Shown: positions 1 to 13,028 of the stretch, piece by piece
How positions within the stretch are numbered: position 1 is the first letter of the stretch
How the letters are laid out: each line of letters starts with the position of its first letter
From: Diplonema japonicum
Taxonomy: Eukaryota > Protista > Euglenozoa: Diplonemea
NCBI GenBank assembly: GCA_964019335.1
Contig: OZ025694.1
Coordinates: 186,001 to 250,000, forward strand
DNA: 64,000 nt
Reading direction: 5' to 3'
Notes under the pieces: generated by a model
Told to the model about the DNA's origin: nothing
The model's database searches: none
The model's input: the letters and a program-made list of their open reading frames with translations, nothing else
Made by a program: the position numbers and the translations under genes

Positions 1-3000
1 TCCAATTGCCTTGACGAACTATTCATCACGTGGGTCGGTGGCCTGCTGTGGAAAGGCGTCAAAAACCACGCCATCGGAGAAGAGGACATCCCAGAACTGC
101 CCCGAAGCCTACGCTGTGACCACCTAGGCAACGCTGCAATCGCCGCCCCTAGCAGCACGATTATCAAATTAATCACATCACTCCAATTGTGGGACCTCTT
201 TATGTGGACCATCACGGGCATCGTGCAAGGTGTTGTCAACGCTGTGGTGAAGCCCCTTCTCCTCAAATTCCTCATCGAGGCCGCCACTGACGACAAGGAA
301 GACAGAGTGGGCGAGGCCACCATATACCTGGGAGCGCTGTGCGCAGCACTTATCATTGAAGGTCTTACATCCACCAAGGGGCGTATGTCCTTCGCCGGCC
401 GGTTCGCTACCGGTACCAACATCATTGTGGCTTCCCTTGTCCACTCCAAGTCACTCCGGCTCACAGGCGGCTCCGCCACCACAAAAGAACGAGCCCTCAT
501 CGGAAACGACATGATGCGTATCTACGAAAACGCCAAGACTCTCTCCCAGTTCCCGTCGTCCGTTGCGTCCATCATTGGTGGCGCTGCCATCATCCTCTAC
601 ACTGTGAAGCTGCCAGGTCTTGCCGGGCTTGGGATGCTTTGCCTCGTCCTCCTCGCCAACCAGCTCATGGCACGCCAAGCTGCAAAGGCAGAGAAATCAA
701 CTCTGAATGCCGCAGACCACCGCATTCTGCTGATGACAAGGATCATCGAGGGTATCAAAGCCATCAAGCTTTCAGCGTGGGAGGTTCCCTTTACCGATGC
801 TGTCTTCAAGGCGCGATCAGAGGAGATCGACGCTATTAAGGAATTCCGTTTGTTCTCCATGAGCGCCGTGCAGGTGGGCAGGTCCGCCCCCACCTTGGCC
901 TCGTGCATCACCTTCGCAGTGATGTACGCCTCTGGGCAAGAGCTTGTCGTGAGTGACATCTTCGCTGCTTTCTCTGTTTTCCAATCGATGCGACTGGGCC
1001 TTATCGTCGTGCCCCACTGCATGTCCATCATCGAAACTATGAAGGTGTCTTTCGCTCGTGTGCAGGAGTACCTCGACCAGCCCGAGGCACCACCACTAGA
1101 GCCGATCCCCTCTGACTCTCAGTACGCCGTGACCGCTACTCATTGCGAGTTCTCACACTTTAGCAGCGACAAGTTTAACCTGAAACTAGGGAACTTTCTT
1201 GTGCCTAAAGGAAGCACCTACGCAATCGTAGGCCCCGTGGGGAGCGGCAAGTCGACGATGATACAGAGCATCTTGGGAGACACAGAGAAACTGCAGGGCG
1301 TGGTCATGCTTCAAGAGCACATCGGGTACGTGCCGCAGAAGAGCTTTGTGACCTGTGGGACCATCGAGGAAAACATCGTGATGGGACGTGAGATGAATGA
1401 GTCGAAGTTCCGTGACGCTGTGTTCCGCGCAGCTCTGGACGAGGACCTCAGCAGACTTCCGGACGGGAGGCACACCGAGCTTGGGGAACGTGGGGTGACA
1501 CTGTCTGGGGGGCAGCAGCAAAGGGTGTGCATAGCACGGGCCCTGTATGGCAACCCTGCACTTCTGGTGATGGACGACCCTCTTGCCGCTGTCGATGGCT
1601 TGGTGGGACGTATCATCTTCAAGCGTGTCGTGATGGAGAAGAAGTCCCACCAGTCTATTGTGATGTCCCTGAACCAGATGCAGTTCCTCACCTTCTTTGA
1701 CAACGCTGTGTGCCTCAGCGACGGCGAGGTGGTGGAGGACGGGCGCCTCACGACGCTGGCGAACGTCACCGGCGGTGCTATAGCAGCGATCCTGGAAGAG
1801 TCTGCGGGAATCAACCTCAATGAAGCGGGTGACAACAACGATGCTACTAATGACATGCCAGAAGAAGCAACGAGTAAATCTAAGACGAACGCTTTAATCC
1901 AAAAGGAAGGCAAGCAGAAAGGTTCCGTGAGCCATCGGGTCCTCATCAAATATTTCAAGAGCGTAGGCAAGGCGCCAACAATAACATGTATTTTCGTGCT
2001 TCTGCTGACTTATGCTGCGATGGCCTTCAACGACAGGTGGCTCGCTATCTGGACTGCGGAGGCAGAGGACGCCAACGACGCACCCGTCTCGCAGAGTCCT
2101 GACGAGTGGTATCTTTATGTGTTCATTGGGTCTTCTACAGCTTTTGCGTTAGGGCTGGTGCTCACATCTGTGTGCATGTCCCTCGCGGCGGTGAAGGCAG
2201 GGTTGTCACTGCACAACGACTGCTTCACGCGGGTGATCCATGCACCGTTGAGCTGGTTCGACAGCACCCCCAGCGGGAGGATCCTGTCCAGGTTCTCCAC
2301 CGATCTTGCCAACGTCGACGTGCAGTTCGCCAACACTCTTGACAACGTGGTGCAGCTCACGATGACCGTCCTCGTCCTGCTGATAGTCATCAGCACCATT
2401 GTGCCCACTGTCATTCCTGTCATTGTTGTGTCGCTTGTCTTCTACGCTGCGCAGGTCATCGGTGTTGACAAGTCGAACAGAGAGGTGAAGCGGTTTGCAA
2501 ACAACGCAATGTCGCCTGTGCTTTCGTCTCTGTCCGAGATAGGGTCCCCTTCCGGGAGGCTCATCCTGCGTGCTATGAAGCTCTCCGACCCAATGCAGAA
2601 GAAGTTCCGTGAGGAGTACGACCACCTCATGAAGTACAGCTACGCTTCATGCGGGGTGCTCTTCTTCGGGATGCAGATCTCGTACTTCATCTCAATGGTG
2701 ATCTCCTCTGCAACGGGCCTCCTCATGCTCTACGGGCCGGGTTCGACCGATCTACGCGACAACTCGTCCGACCTCGCCCTAGCCATGACCTACTCCTTCA
2801 TGCTTCCCTACTTCTTCCTCTTCTACTCCATGATCTTCTCCATGTTCAAGGCCATCCTCACCTCTCTTGAGCGTCTGCTTGAGTGCCTTGACGACGCTGT
2901 GCCACAGGAACCGGAGTGGTTCACAAGGGAGGACAAGCGCATCGGGGCTGGCTGGCCACAAAGAGGTCGCATCCATTTCGACAAGGTGTCGCTGGTATAC

Positions 3001-4507
3001 CGCCCTGGGTTGCCGCCTGCTGTGAAGGAGGCGGACTTCACGATCCGTGGGGGGTCGACGGTCGGGGTGGTGGGGAGGACGGGTGCTGGGAAGTCATCTC
3101 TTGTTGTGTTGCTGTTCAGGTATGTTATCACTGCACAACACAACACAACACAACACAACACAACACAACACAACACAACACAACACAACACAACAGGCTA
3201 GTGGAGGCAGCCTCCGGGATGATCACAATCGACGGTGTGGACATCAGTAAAATCGGGCTGCAGACACTGCGGAAGGCGATGGCCGTGATCCCTCAGGTGT
3301 GCCACGCCATGAAAAGGAAAAAAAAAAAAAAAAACCACAACAACCCTCAGGAACCGCTCCTCATTGACGACACGGTGGCGAGGAACCTGGACCCCTTCAA
3401 ACAGAAGTCGGATGAGGAGCTTCGGATAGTGCTTGACAAGATGGGGCTGACGGGGTGCAGTCTGGATGACCAGGGGATGAGCTTGAGCGCGGGGGAGAAG
3501 CAACTCATCTCACTGGCGAGGTGTGTGGAGGAAGATGAAAAAAAAAAGGGAGGGAGAAAAAAAAAAATTACAGAGCGCTGCTGCTGCCTGCAAAGGTGAT
3601 CGTGATGGACGAGCCGACATCTAACATCGACCCTGCGACCGACCAGGCGATCCAGCGTGTGATCAGGGAAGACTGGGCAGACAAGACAGTGGTGTGTATT
3701 ACTACAAAGATAACATCAAAAACAAAAATCTTTTTTTTTTTTTTTTTTTTGCAGATCACAATCGCACACCGTCTGATCACAATCATTGACGGAGATGAGA
3801 TCATCGTGATGGACGCGGGGCAGGTGGCGGAGCAGGGGCTCCCCATGACGCTGATGAAGGACGAGACCACCATTCTGCACAAGATGGTACAAGGGCTTGG
3901 GCAGGAGATGGCCGCGAGGCTCGAAGAGAAGGCAGCCACACATGAAACAAGGCAGCCCGTGTACGAGCGGTCATCGTCATCGTCAGGGGAGCCGTTCAAA
4001 GACTTCAAACCTCTGGGGTCCTCCGCACTGCTGCCAACAATTGTACCAAACCCGCCTGAGATGGAGACAACCGCAGACAACGAAAGGGCGAGCCTGTCAG
4101 AGTGGACTATAAGGAAGTCAACAGACGAGGCAAGGCCGAAGCCGGAGCCCCAAGGGGAAGCAAACCCACTGTTCCCTAAACTGAGTGGATCTGAATGGAC
4201 ATTGCTAAAAGAGACAGAGGGTAACGAAATGGCTGGAGCGAGCCTACCGGAGTTGACCCCAAGCCAAAACCCTGCCAGCTTGTCGGACTGGACCACCAAG
4301 AAAAGCCCCATGACAACATCAAATAAAGAGGGATCAGGCTGCTCTTGGTCGAGTTCTGATGAAGCGTCTCCAGAGCCAGCGATGCCTGATCCCACTCCTG
4401 TAATGGAAGGAGAGGAGCCAGAGACGGATGGCGAAGGCGAAGGCGATGAACGGCCTTTGCTAGCAGGTACTGCAGACAGTCTCCCACTGCCTGGTGTTAA
4501 GGAATAG
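1..4507 (+). CDS. ABCC/MRP-type full ABC transporter (TMD-NBD-TMD-NBD), copy 1. Start lies just upstream of the window. Predicted introns 3120-3196, 3297-3350, 3521-3573, 3692-3754
   Basis: Frame is open from base 1 (SNCLDELFITWVGGLLWKG, aligning with the copy 2 N-terminus). NBD1: GPVGSGKS, LSGGQQQR, VMDD. NBD2: GRTGAGKS, LSAGEKQ, VMDEPTS, IAHRL. Removing four GT..AG segments restores LFRLVE, IPQEP, LARALL and KTVITIAHRL. Confidence 0.93.
3134..3195 (+). repeat. (CACAA)n microsatellite filling intron 1 of ABCC copy 1
   Basis: Visible pentamer tandem repeat between GTATGT (3120) and CAG (3196). Confidence 0.95.
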
Positions 4508-4903
4508 AACAACGAACATTGTTCACCCCCCCCCCCCCCCATCCCCCTTCCTCCTTTGACAAACGCCGAGTGTCCGTGTTTACTCCTCTCCCCCCCATCG
4601 CTCTCAGGTCTTTTCATTTACAGTAAACGGTTTAATAACGGGGAGGAAAGGGGTTGTTGGATTTCTCCCTCGGGGGGGGGGGGGGGGGTCGGGCAGAGCT
4701 TTGTTTTTTTTTTTTCGGGCAGGGCTAAAAATTTCCGAATTTGCACATACAACAAAGCAAAAAGATTTCTTTTTATATACAACACTTATCACGGATCCCA
4801 CGCGCAACCCACCTACCCACAGCCATGCATTCAGCGCAGAGGGCAAGCAACATGAAGCAGCTAAAGTCATTCTTCCTTAAACAACGATTGTCTTTTGCTT
4901 TAA

Positions 4904-5469
4904 CCACTAAACCCATTATGTCATATATTTTATATATGACATTAAAAAAAAGAAGAAGAAAATCCATAGACCTGTTGGTCAAATTGCGACCTGTTATTCT
5001 CTTTTATTTTTTTGGCGCCATTTGCGCGTTTTTTTTTGCTGCCCTTTTTTTCAGCATTATTTTAAGAATTTGAGGGGTCCAAAAATCCTGGAAAAAATGA
5101 GTGAGAATGAGGAATACTCAACTAGAAACAAAAAGCTGGTCGTAAATGTCGGAAAGTGGTAGTTCTGGTGACGGTTCTGAGGCTAGTAAGTACTTGGGGG
5201 GAGGAAAGTGTAGAAGACCGAACAATCAGATAAAATTACTTACTTTGCACCAAAATATGGCATTTACTCTCGAACCGTTCGGCCAAAAAAACCATAGCCA
5301 ACCAATAGCTATTCCACTTATTTTTTTTCCTCCAGAGGTCACTTTCTCCATAAAAAGAACACTTTGTATGGTTAAATGCTGCTAATTTTTTTTTTTCTCT
5401 CTTTTTTTTGAATTTTTTAGGAGTCGCCTCAAAAATGGACTTTTCGGTTTTTAGCCTGTGGGTTAGTGG
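4904..5469. mobile_element. Non-autonomous piggyBac-like element (MITE)
   Basis: Left end TTAA+CCACTAAACCCA; right end TGGGTTAGTGG+TAAA (imperfect TIR and TSD). 11-bp hairpin ATGTCATATAT-ttt-ATATATGACAT inside the left end. GGTTAAATGCTGC at 5370-5382 is identical to 20562-20574 in the piggyBac element. Confidence 0.6.
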
Positions 5470-5663
5470 TAAAAAAAAAAAAAAAAAAAGAAGAGTAGTG
5501 GCAACTTCAACAGGTTCAACAGACTTGTTACGAATTACAAGCTCCGACTCTTTCTTTTCCCCCCCTCTTTTTTTTTTTTTTTCGTCACAAAATGCAAGAG
5601 CTATTTTTTTTTTTCTTGCTCGTGCGAAACAAACAAAAGAGTTATGTTGATATACGCCACATA

Positions 5664-5856
5664 GTGGCGGGGATAACATGGAAATATAAAGAAGTACATC
5701 AGATGTCCTCCACGTCGGTCATCACCGGTAGCGCCCGAGTGGAAGAACGTCAGGGTGACAGCTAGGGTTGAGTTGCACACCGCACGCATTAAGGACACGA
5801 CGCGGAACGCAGAAGAAGCTACTGCTCGGCCGAGGAGCGCCCCCTGTAATCAAGTA
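5664..5856 (+). repeat. Dispersed repeat family X, copy A
   Basis: Three conserved blocks shared with 16450-16704, e.g. GGGGATAACATGGAAATATAAAGAAGTACATCAGATGT and CACACCGCACGCATTAAGGACACGACGCGGAACGCAGAAGAAGCTAC. Confidence 0.85.
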
Positions 5857-6051
5857 GCCCCATTTGCTTGTTTTTTTTTTTTTTTTCCAACCATTTCAAA
5901 AAAACCCGGTTTTTTTGAAGACACAGGGATAAACCCGACTTTGCACAAAACCAACCAACCCGCCAACACCTTTTTGAAAGTTGTATGTACGTGCTTGGGA
6001 GAGGGGGAAAAAGGGGGGGGGGGGGGTAAAAACCTGTAGAAGTTTATAACC

Positions 6052-6233
6052 CGTACGTCGGTAATAATAACACTCCCCTTTTGTTTTAGACAAGTCAAAA
6101 AGGCTTTTACGAGTCCCAGACTCCAAGTTGCAGACGTAGCAGCATTCTCGAAAAATAAAAAAAAAAATAAAGAACCGCGATCGACTTATTCCTTGCTGAT
6201 ATGTCTCGCCTGGCCAGTTATTTCTGACGTACG
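6052..6233. mobile_element. Possible small MITE
   Basis: CGTACGTCGGTAATAA ... TTATTTCTGACGTACG form a 16-bp inverted repeat with 2 mismatches; no clear TSD. Confidence 0.3.
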
Positions 6234-6689
6234 ATTTGTCAGAAAAAGAATTGTGGTTCCCCCCCCCCCCCCCCCCCCTTCTCTGCCATCATCTCTCTTT
6301 CCAAAGTCGTTTCAATTAAAAGAAAAAAAGAGAAAAGGAAAAAGTCACCCATATTTTTCATTCTTCAGTTCGTGTAATTCCCCCCCCCCCCCCTCTTTTA
6401 AAAAGAGCCGAGGATTTGCCAAGCGACTGGTGAATTGTGCTTTTTTCTTCTTTGTCCTCTTTTGTTTTCTTTTTGTTATTTCTTTTATACCGTAAGGTCG
6501 ATTCTGCCTACCCCCCACTGTGCCCAGCGGACGAAGTGTATTCGGACCCTCCAGCATCATCCGTTTGCTTGCAATGCTTTTTGTCTTTTTGTTCATCCTA
6601 CCGGGGGTGTGCGTGTGCGTGTGTGTTCTTTTTTTTTCACGAACCGCCGAGAAACCTTCACGAAAAAGGGAGAAAAGAAAATTCTAAAA

Positions 6690-7247
6690 ATGGTGAGCGG
6701 GAACGAAGCCTGGAGCTACTGGTCAATGACGTGAACCCGACAGCTTCAGCGGGGACAACGTACGGGGCTGAAGGAGGTGAACATGGGGTGCGAGGGGATG
6801 AAGAAGTTCACGTTTGTTGGTTCGCTGGCGTCGTGGGTGCACATCGTGGAGCGGGTGGCAAGGATGCAGAAAGCAGACATCGCAGTGGACAGCGTGGTCC
6901 ACGAGGAGGTTCAGAACGCATCACACACGAGGCCCCTGCTGCATCTGTCCTTCCCGAAACACTCGAAGAATGTGCTTCTTGTGTATGAAGCATCTGGGGT
7001 GAGGGAGGTGAAGGAGGAGGAGTGGATGTACCAGTTGACGGAAGCGGAGGCCAGCGACCTACATGCTCAGTACACAGAGAGCTACAAGCTCTTCATGGAT
7101 CAGGATGTGGAAGGGGCGCAGAAGGCACTCGAAGGCTACACGGATACCTCACATGTGACGCGGAACTACATGGAGCAGCTGGAGAAGGCAGCACAGAACA
7201 AGGAACTCTGTCAGCCCTGGAGAACGCTGGATCTGTTGCTTGCTTGA
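6690..7247 (+). pseudogene. C-terminal fragment of a class III adenylate/guanylate cyclase, with an apparent frameshift near 6780
   Basis: NMGCEGMKKFTFVGSLASWVHIVERVAR resembles the GNMG...K.YT.IG...N.A.RL region of class III cyclases. The upstream SAGTTYG segment is in another frame, and the N-terminal catalytic part is missing. Confidence 0.6.
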
Positions 7248-7408
7248 AGACGACATCCTTCACTCGGGTTTACACTCAAGAAAGGACGAGGGGGGGGGGG
7301 GAGAACACCCCACTTAGATTCCACGATTTGTTACGTTTTACGTTTCATAGGTTTAGAAGTAACTACTTAGTATTTCAAAAAAAGGTATATTCTTAAAACA
7401 CAAAGAAA

Positions 7409-10400
7409 ATGGCTTCGTGCTGTTCAGAGGTGCTGATCACATGGGTGACTACATTGATGTGGAAGGGTGTCAAGGGCCGGACTATAGAGGACGACGACAT
7501 TCCTGATCTGCCCGCGGGGGTGAGGTGCGACATGGTGGGGCAAGCAGCTGTAATGAACTACGAAAAGGGAACGAGCTTAAGGAGCCTGATGGGCACACTT
7601 ATGAAATGGGATCTGTTTGGATGGGTCATCTTGGGCATCGTGCAAGGTGTTGTCAATGCTGTGGTGAAGCCCCTTCTCCTCAAATTCCTCATCGAGGCCG
7701 CCACCGACGACAAGGAAGACAGAGTGGACGAGGCAGCAATATACCTTGGCGGCCTTTGCCTCTCACTTATCATTGAAGGACTCACTGCGACTAGAGGCCG
7801 CACGTACTTCTCCGGTCGGTTCGCTACGGGGATGAACGCTAGTGTTGCATCCCTCGTCCACGCCAAGGCCCTGCGCCTTACAGGCGGGTCTGGCACAAAA
7901 GAACGAGCCCTCATCGGAAACGACATGATGCGTATCTACGAAAACACGAAGATTCTCTCCCAGTTCCCATCGTCCGTTGCGTCCATCATTGGTGGCGCCA
8001 TTATCATCCTCTACACTGTGAAGCTGCCAGGTCTTGCCGGGCTTGGGATGCTTTGCCTCGTCCTCCTCGCCAACCAGCTCATGGCACGCGTCGCCGCAAA
8101 GGCAGAGAAATCAACTCTGAATGCCGCAGACCACCGCATTCTGCTGATGACAAGGATCATCGAGGGTATCAAAGCCATCAAGCTTTCAGCGTGGGAGGTT
8201 CCCTTTACCGATGCTGTCTTGCAGGCACGTGGCGAGGAAAGTAAAGAAATCAGTAAGTACAGGTTGTACGGGATGAGCGCCGTGCAGGTGGGTAGGTCCT
8301 CTCCTACCCTTGCTTCGTGTGTGACGTTTGTAGTGATGTACGCCTCCGGCCAAGATCTTGTCGTGAGTGATATTTTCGCTGCTTTCTCTGTGTTCCAGTC
8401 GCTCAGGCTTGGTCTCATCGTCGTGCCCCACTGCATGTCCATCATTGCTACAATGAATGTGTCGCTCTACCGCGTGGAGGAGTACCTCGACCAGCCCGAA
8501 GCACCACCGCTCGTACCCGTCCCCTCCGACTCTAAGTACGCCGTAACCATGGCAGGTAGCTTTACACACTTTGGTAACGAAAAGTTCAATCTGAAAGTAA
8601 ACAACTTCCGTGTGAACAAAGGGAGCACCTGCGGTGTGGTAGGCCCCGTGGGGAGCGGTAAGTCGACGATGATACAGAGCATCTTGGGAGACACAAACAT
8701 GCTGTCAGGACAGGTCATGCTTGAGGAGCAGATCGGGTACGTGCCGCAGAAGAGCTTTGTGATCTGTGGGACCATCGAGGACAACATTGTGATGGGACGT
8801 GAGATGAATGAGTCGAAGTTCCGTGACGCTGTGTTCCGCGCAGCTCTGGACGAGGACCTCAGCAGACTTCCGGACGGGAGGCACACCGAGCTTGGGGAAC
8901 GTGGGGTGACACTGTCTGGGGGGCAGCAGCAAAGGGTGTGCATAGCACGGGCCCTGTATGGCAACCCTGCACTTCTGGTGATGGACGACCCTCTTGCCGC
9001 TGTCGACGGTCAGGTAGCACGTACCATCTTCAAGCGTGTCGTGATGGAGAAGAAGTCCCACCAGTCTATTGTGATGTCCCTGAACCAGCTGCAGTTCCTC
9101 ACCTTCTTTGACAACGCTGTGTACCTTGACGACGGCGAGGTGGCGGAGGACGGGCTAATCGCCGACCTTGCCGCGAAAGCTGATGGTAAAATCGCCCTTG
9201 CGCTGAAAGAGTCTGCTGGCGTTGATCTAGGTGGGAACGAGCCTGACAATGAGATGGCCGAGCCCATGCCCGATATCCAGAAAGGTAACACCGCTGCGCT
9301 GATCCAGAAAGAGCACCAGAACTCAGGAAGCGTGAACCAGTCGGTGCTTAGGAAGTACTTCAAAAGCATGGGCACGATGCGCATCGCCGTCTGTGTTGTT
9401 GTGCTTCTGCTTACGTACGCTGGGATGGCCTTCAACGACAGGTGGCTTGCCGTATGGGCAGCCCAGGCTGAAGGTGACGACTCTCCCGCTGCAACGCCTG
9501 CCGAGAGGCAGGACCAGAAGCCTGATGCATGGTACCTTTACGTGTTCATTGGGTCTTCGCTGTGGTTTGCTATTGGATTGGTGCTCACATCTGTGTGCAT
9601 GTCCCTCGCGGCGGTGAAGGCAGGGTTGTCACTGCACAACGACTGCTTCACGCGGGTGATCCATGCACCGTTGAGCTGGTTCGACAGCACCCCCAGCGGG
9701 AGGATCCTGTCCAGGTTCTCCACCGATCTTGCCAACGTCGACGTGCAGTTCGCCAACACTCTTGACAACGTGGTGCAGCTCACGATGACCGTCCTCGTCC
9801 TGCTGATAGTCATCTGTGTCATTGTACCACTTGTGGTGCCTGTGGTCGTTGTGTCTGTTATCTGCTACGGGTTTCTTGTGGTCGGTGTTGACAAGTCGAA
9901 CAGAGAGGTGAAGCGGTTTGCAAACAACGCAATGTCGCCTGTGCTTTCGTCTCTGTCCGAGATAGGGTCCCCTTCCGGGAGGCTCATCCTGCGTGCTATG
10001 AAGCTCTCCGACCCAATGCAGAAGAAGTTCCGTGAGGAGTACGACCACCTCATGAAGCACAGCTACGCCTCGAACGGTGCACTGCACTTCGGGATGCTCA
10101 TCTCGTACTTCATCTCAATCATCATCTCAACTGCTACAGGTCTCCTCATGCTCTACGGGCCGCAGGCTGATGACCTCAAAGACAGTGCTGCTGAGTTCGC
10201 CCTGGCCATGACCTACTCCTTCATGCTTCCCTACTTCTTCCTCTTCTACTCCATGCTCTTCTCCATGTTCAAGGCCATCCTCACCTCTCTTGAGCGTCTG
10301 CTTGAGTGCCTTGACGACGCTGTGCCACAGGAACCGGAGTGGTTCACGAAGGAAGACGAAAAGGTGGATGCCAACTGGCCCAAGAAAGGGAAGATCTGTT

Positions 10401-11544
10401 TCGACAAGGTGTCGCTGGTATACCGCCCTGGGTTGCCGCCTGCTGTGAAGGAGGCGGACTTCACGATCCGTGGGGGGTCGACGGTCGGGGTGGTGGGGAG
10501 GACGGGTGCTGGGAAGTCATCTCTTGTTGTGTTGCTGTTCAGGTATGATATCACTGCACAACACAACACAACACAACACAACACAACACAACACAACACA
10601 ACACAACACAACACAACACAACACAACACAACACAACACAACACAACACAACACAACAGGCTAGTGGAGGCAGCCTCCGGGATGATCACAATCGACGGTG
10701 TGGACATCAGTAAAATCGGGCTGCAGACACTGCGGAAGGCGATGGCCGTGATCCCTCAGGTGTGCCACGCCATGAAAAGGAAAAAAAAAAAAAAAAACCA
10801 CAACAACCCTCAGGAACCGCTCCTCATTGACGACACGGTGGCGAGGAACCTGGACCCCTTCAAACAGAAGTCGGATGAGGAGCTTCGGATAGTGCTTGAC
10901 AAGATGGGGCTGACGGGGTGCAGTCTGGATGACCAGGGGATGAGCTTGAGCGCGGGGGAGAAGCAACTCATCTCACTGGCGAGGTGTGTGGAGGAAGATG
11001 AAAAAAAAAAGGGAGGGAGAAAAAAAAAAATTACAGAGCGCTGCTGCTGCCTGCAAAGGTGATCGTGATGGACGAGCCGACATCTAACATCGACCCTGCG
11101 ACCGACCAGGCGATCCAGCGTGTGATCAGGGAAGACTGGGCAGACAAGACAGTGGTGTGTATTACTACAAAGATAACATCAAAAACAAAAATCTTTTTTT
11201 TTTTTTTTTTTTTGCAGATCACAATCGCACACCGTCTGATCACAATCATTGACGGAGATGAGATCATCGTGATGGACGCGGGGCAGGTGGCGGAGCAGGG
11301 GCTCCCCATGACGCTGATGAAGGACGAGACCACCATTCTGCACAAGATGGTACAAGGGCTTGGGCAGGAGATGGCCGCGAGGCTCGAAGAGAAGGCAGCC
11401 ACACATATTGACAACATCCAAGAGACGAGCGAAGCGTCCTCGGCACCCACTGGGACGTACAAAGAAACTCACCCACTGAAGCTTAATAGCCATGGGAGCC
11501 TATCCACCATCTCTGTTGCCTCGGAGGAGGAAGCAACTCTGTAA
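7409..11544 (+). CDS. ABCC/MRP-type full ABC transporter, copy 2. Predicted introns 10543-10659, 10760-10813, 10984-11036, 11155-11217
   Basis: Same Walker A, signature and Walker B motifs and same four intron positions as copy 1. ATG follows an A-rich leader; stop at 11542-11544. Confidence 0.93.
10557..10658 (+). repeat. (CACAA)n microsatellite in intron 1 of ABCC copy 2 (8 units longer than in copy 1)
   Basis: Intron is 117 nt versus 77 nt in copy 1. Confidence 0.95.
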
Positions 11545-12117
11545 AAAGATTTTTCCTTTTTTTTTTTTTCTTGTTTAAGTTTCCAAAACCAAATGGACAA
11601 CTTCCCCTATTTTTTAAAAAAAAAATTTTTTTTTTTAAACCTTTCCTAGTTTTTCTTAAGCGCTACTGAGAAAAGAGAAAAAAAAGAAGAAGATTTAAAA
11701 AAAAAAAAAACCCAAAAAAAAATAAAGATAAGAGAAAACAGTGTTTACGTTAGACAAAAAGCTATTTGTAGTTCGGCAGCATTTCAAATTAAAAGCATAA
11801 AAAATAAAAGAAAATAAAAAAAAGGGGTCGGCGCCAGCAGAATAGTTTTTTCGCTTTTTTCTTTAATACTTTTTTTCAAAAAGAAAGTACTTCAAAACTC
11901 CAAAAGAAACACCGTGACACTGATTTCCTCCTTGTTCTTCTTCTTCTTTTTTTTTCCCCTAGTTCTTTTTCACTGAACCAATTGGCATTTCTTCCCTATT
12001 TGTTCCAGCCATCAATTTTCTCCCCTCCCCCCTCTCCATGACTAGCCACAACTATCTCCCCCACCTTTATTCCAATTACGCAAATACTACTGCCTTTTCT
12101 TTTTTGTTTTTGTTTTT

Positions 12118-12152
<35 letters not shown>

Positions 12153-13028
12153 TTGGTCTTATTTATTCACGGATCACCCTTTAAAAAAAAAAAGAAGAGA
12201 AATAAACCTCTAATTTTGTCCAAAGGGAAAAAGAAAAAAAAGAAATAAAAAAACAATATCCGACCCATCATTTCAATACGAGAAAAAAAAAAAAAAAAGT
12301 GAGAGAAACTGAACAAAGGGGGAAAAAAGAAATATGGGGGGGAAAGAAAAAATAGAAAAATAGGGAGGTGAGCTACTCATGTCTTAAAAACTTTTTCTAA
12401 TTTTCCTCTCCCCCCCTCGTTTTTTTTTGTGCTTTCTTCTCTACTCACTTCTCTCTAAAAAAGTAATCCCTTCCCCTCCTTTTTTTCTTGTTTCCCCCCT
12501 TCCTTTTCCTCTGTCCCCTTTTACAATACACATAAAAAAGGGTGGAAAGCCCCTTGTTTGAAAAAAAAAAAGAAATGTAAAAAAGTACGGATGAAGACAA
12601 AAAGAAATAAAGAATGTAATCTCAATAAGAGAGACATGATTTAAAAGACAAAAAAAAAAAAAAAATGTCTTCCTTTTCCATTTCTTTTTTCTTTCATGCA
12701 TATATTTTTTGTTCTCCTCTTTCTCCTTTTTTTTTTTTTTTTTTTTATGTGTTGCTTTTACGCTTTTTTTTTTTTTTTTTTTTTTTTACCTCTCCTTTTT
12801 TTTTTTTTTTTTTTTTTTGTTTTGTTTTTTTTCTTCTTGGAAATTCTTACCACGATGAATTGTAGGTATTAATTTCCAAATACTTCCTTCCCCCTCCCAG
12901 TTTACTTTTTTTTTTGTCATTTTTATAACCAACATCTTTCAAGAGAAAAAAAAAATCTTTTAAAGGTCGAGGAGGGACGGGGGGAGGGGGAAGGTGGTGG
13001 AAAAAAAAAAAAAAAGGAAAAAAAAATC

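Noticed and set aside
3134-10658. CACAA arrays as CRISPR or telomeric repeats, or as coding HNTTQ repeats
   Set aside because: No spacers; they are simple microsatellites lying inside GT-AG introns.
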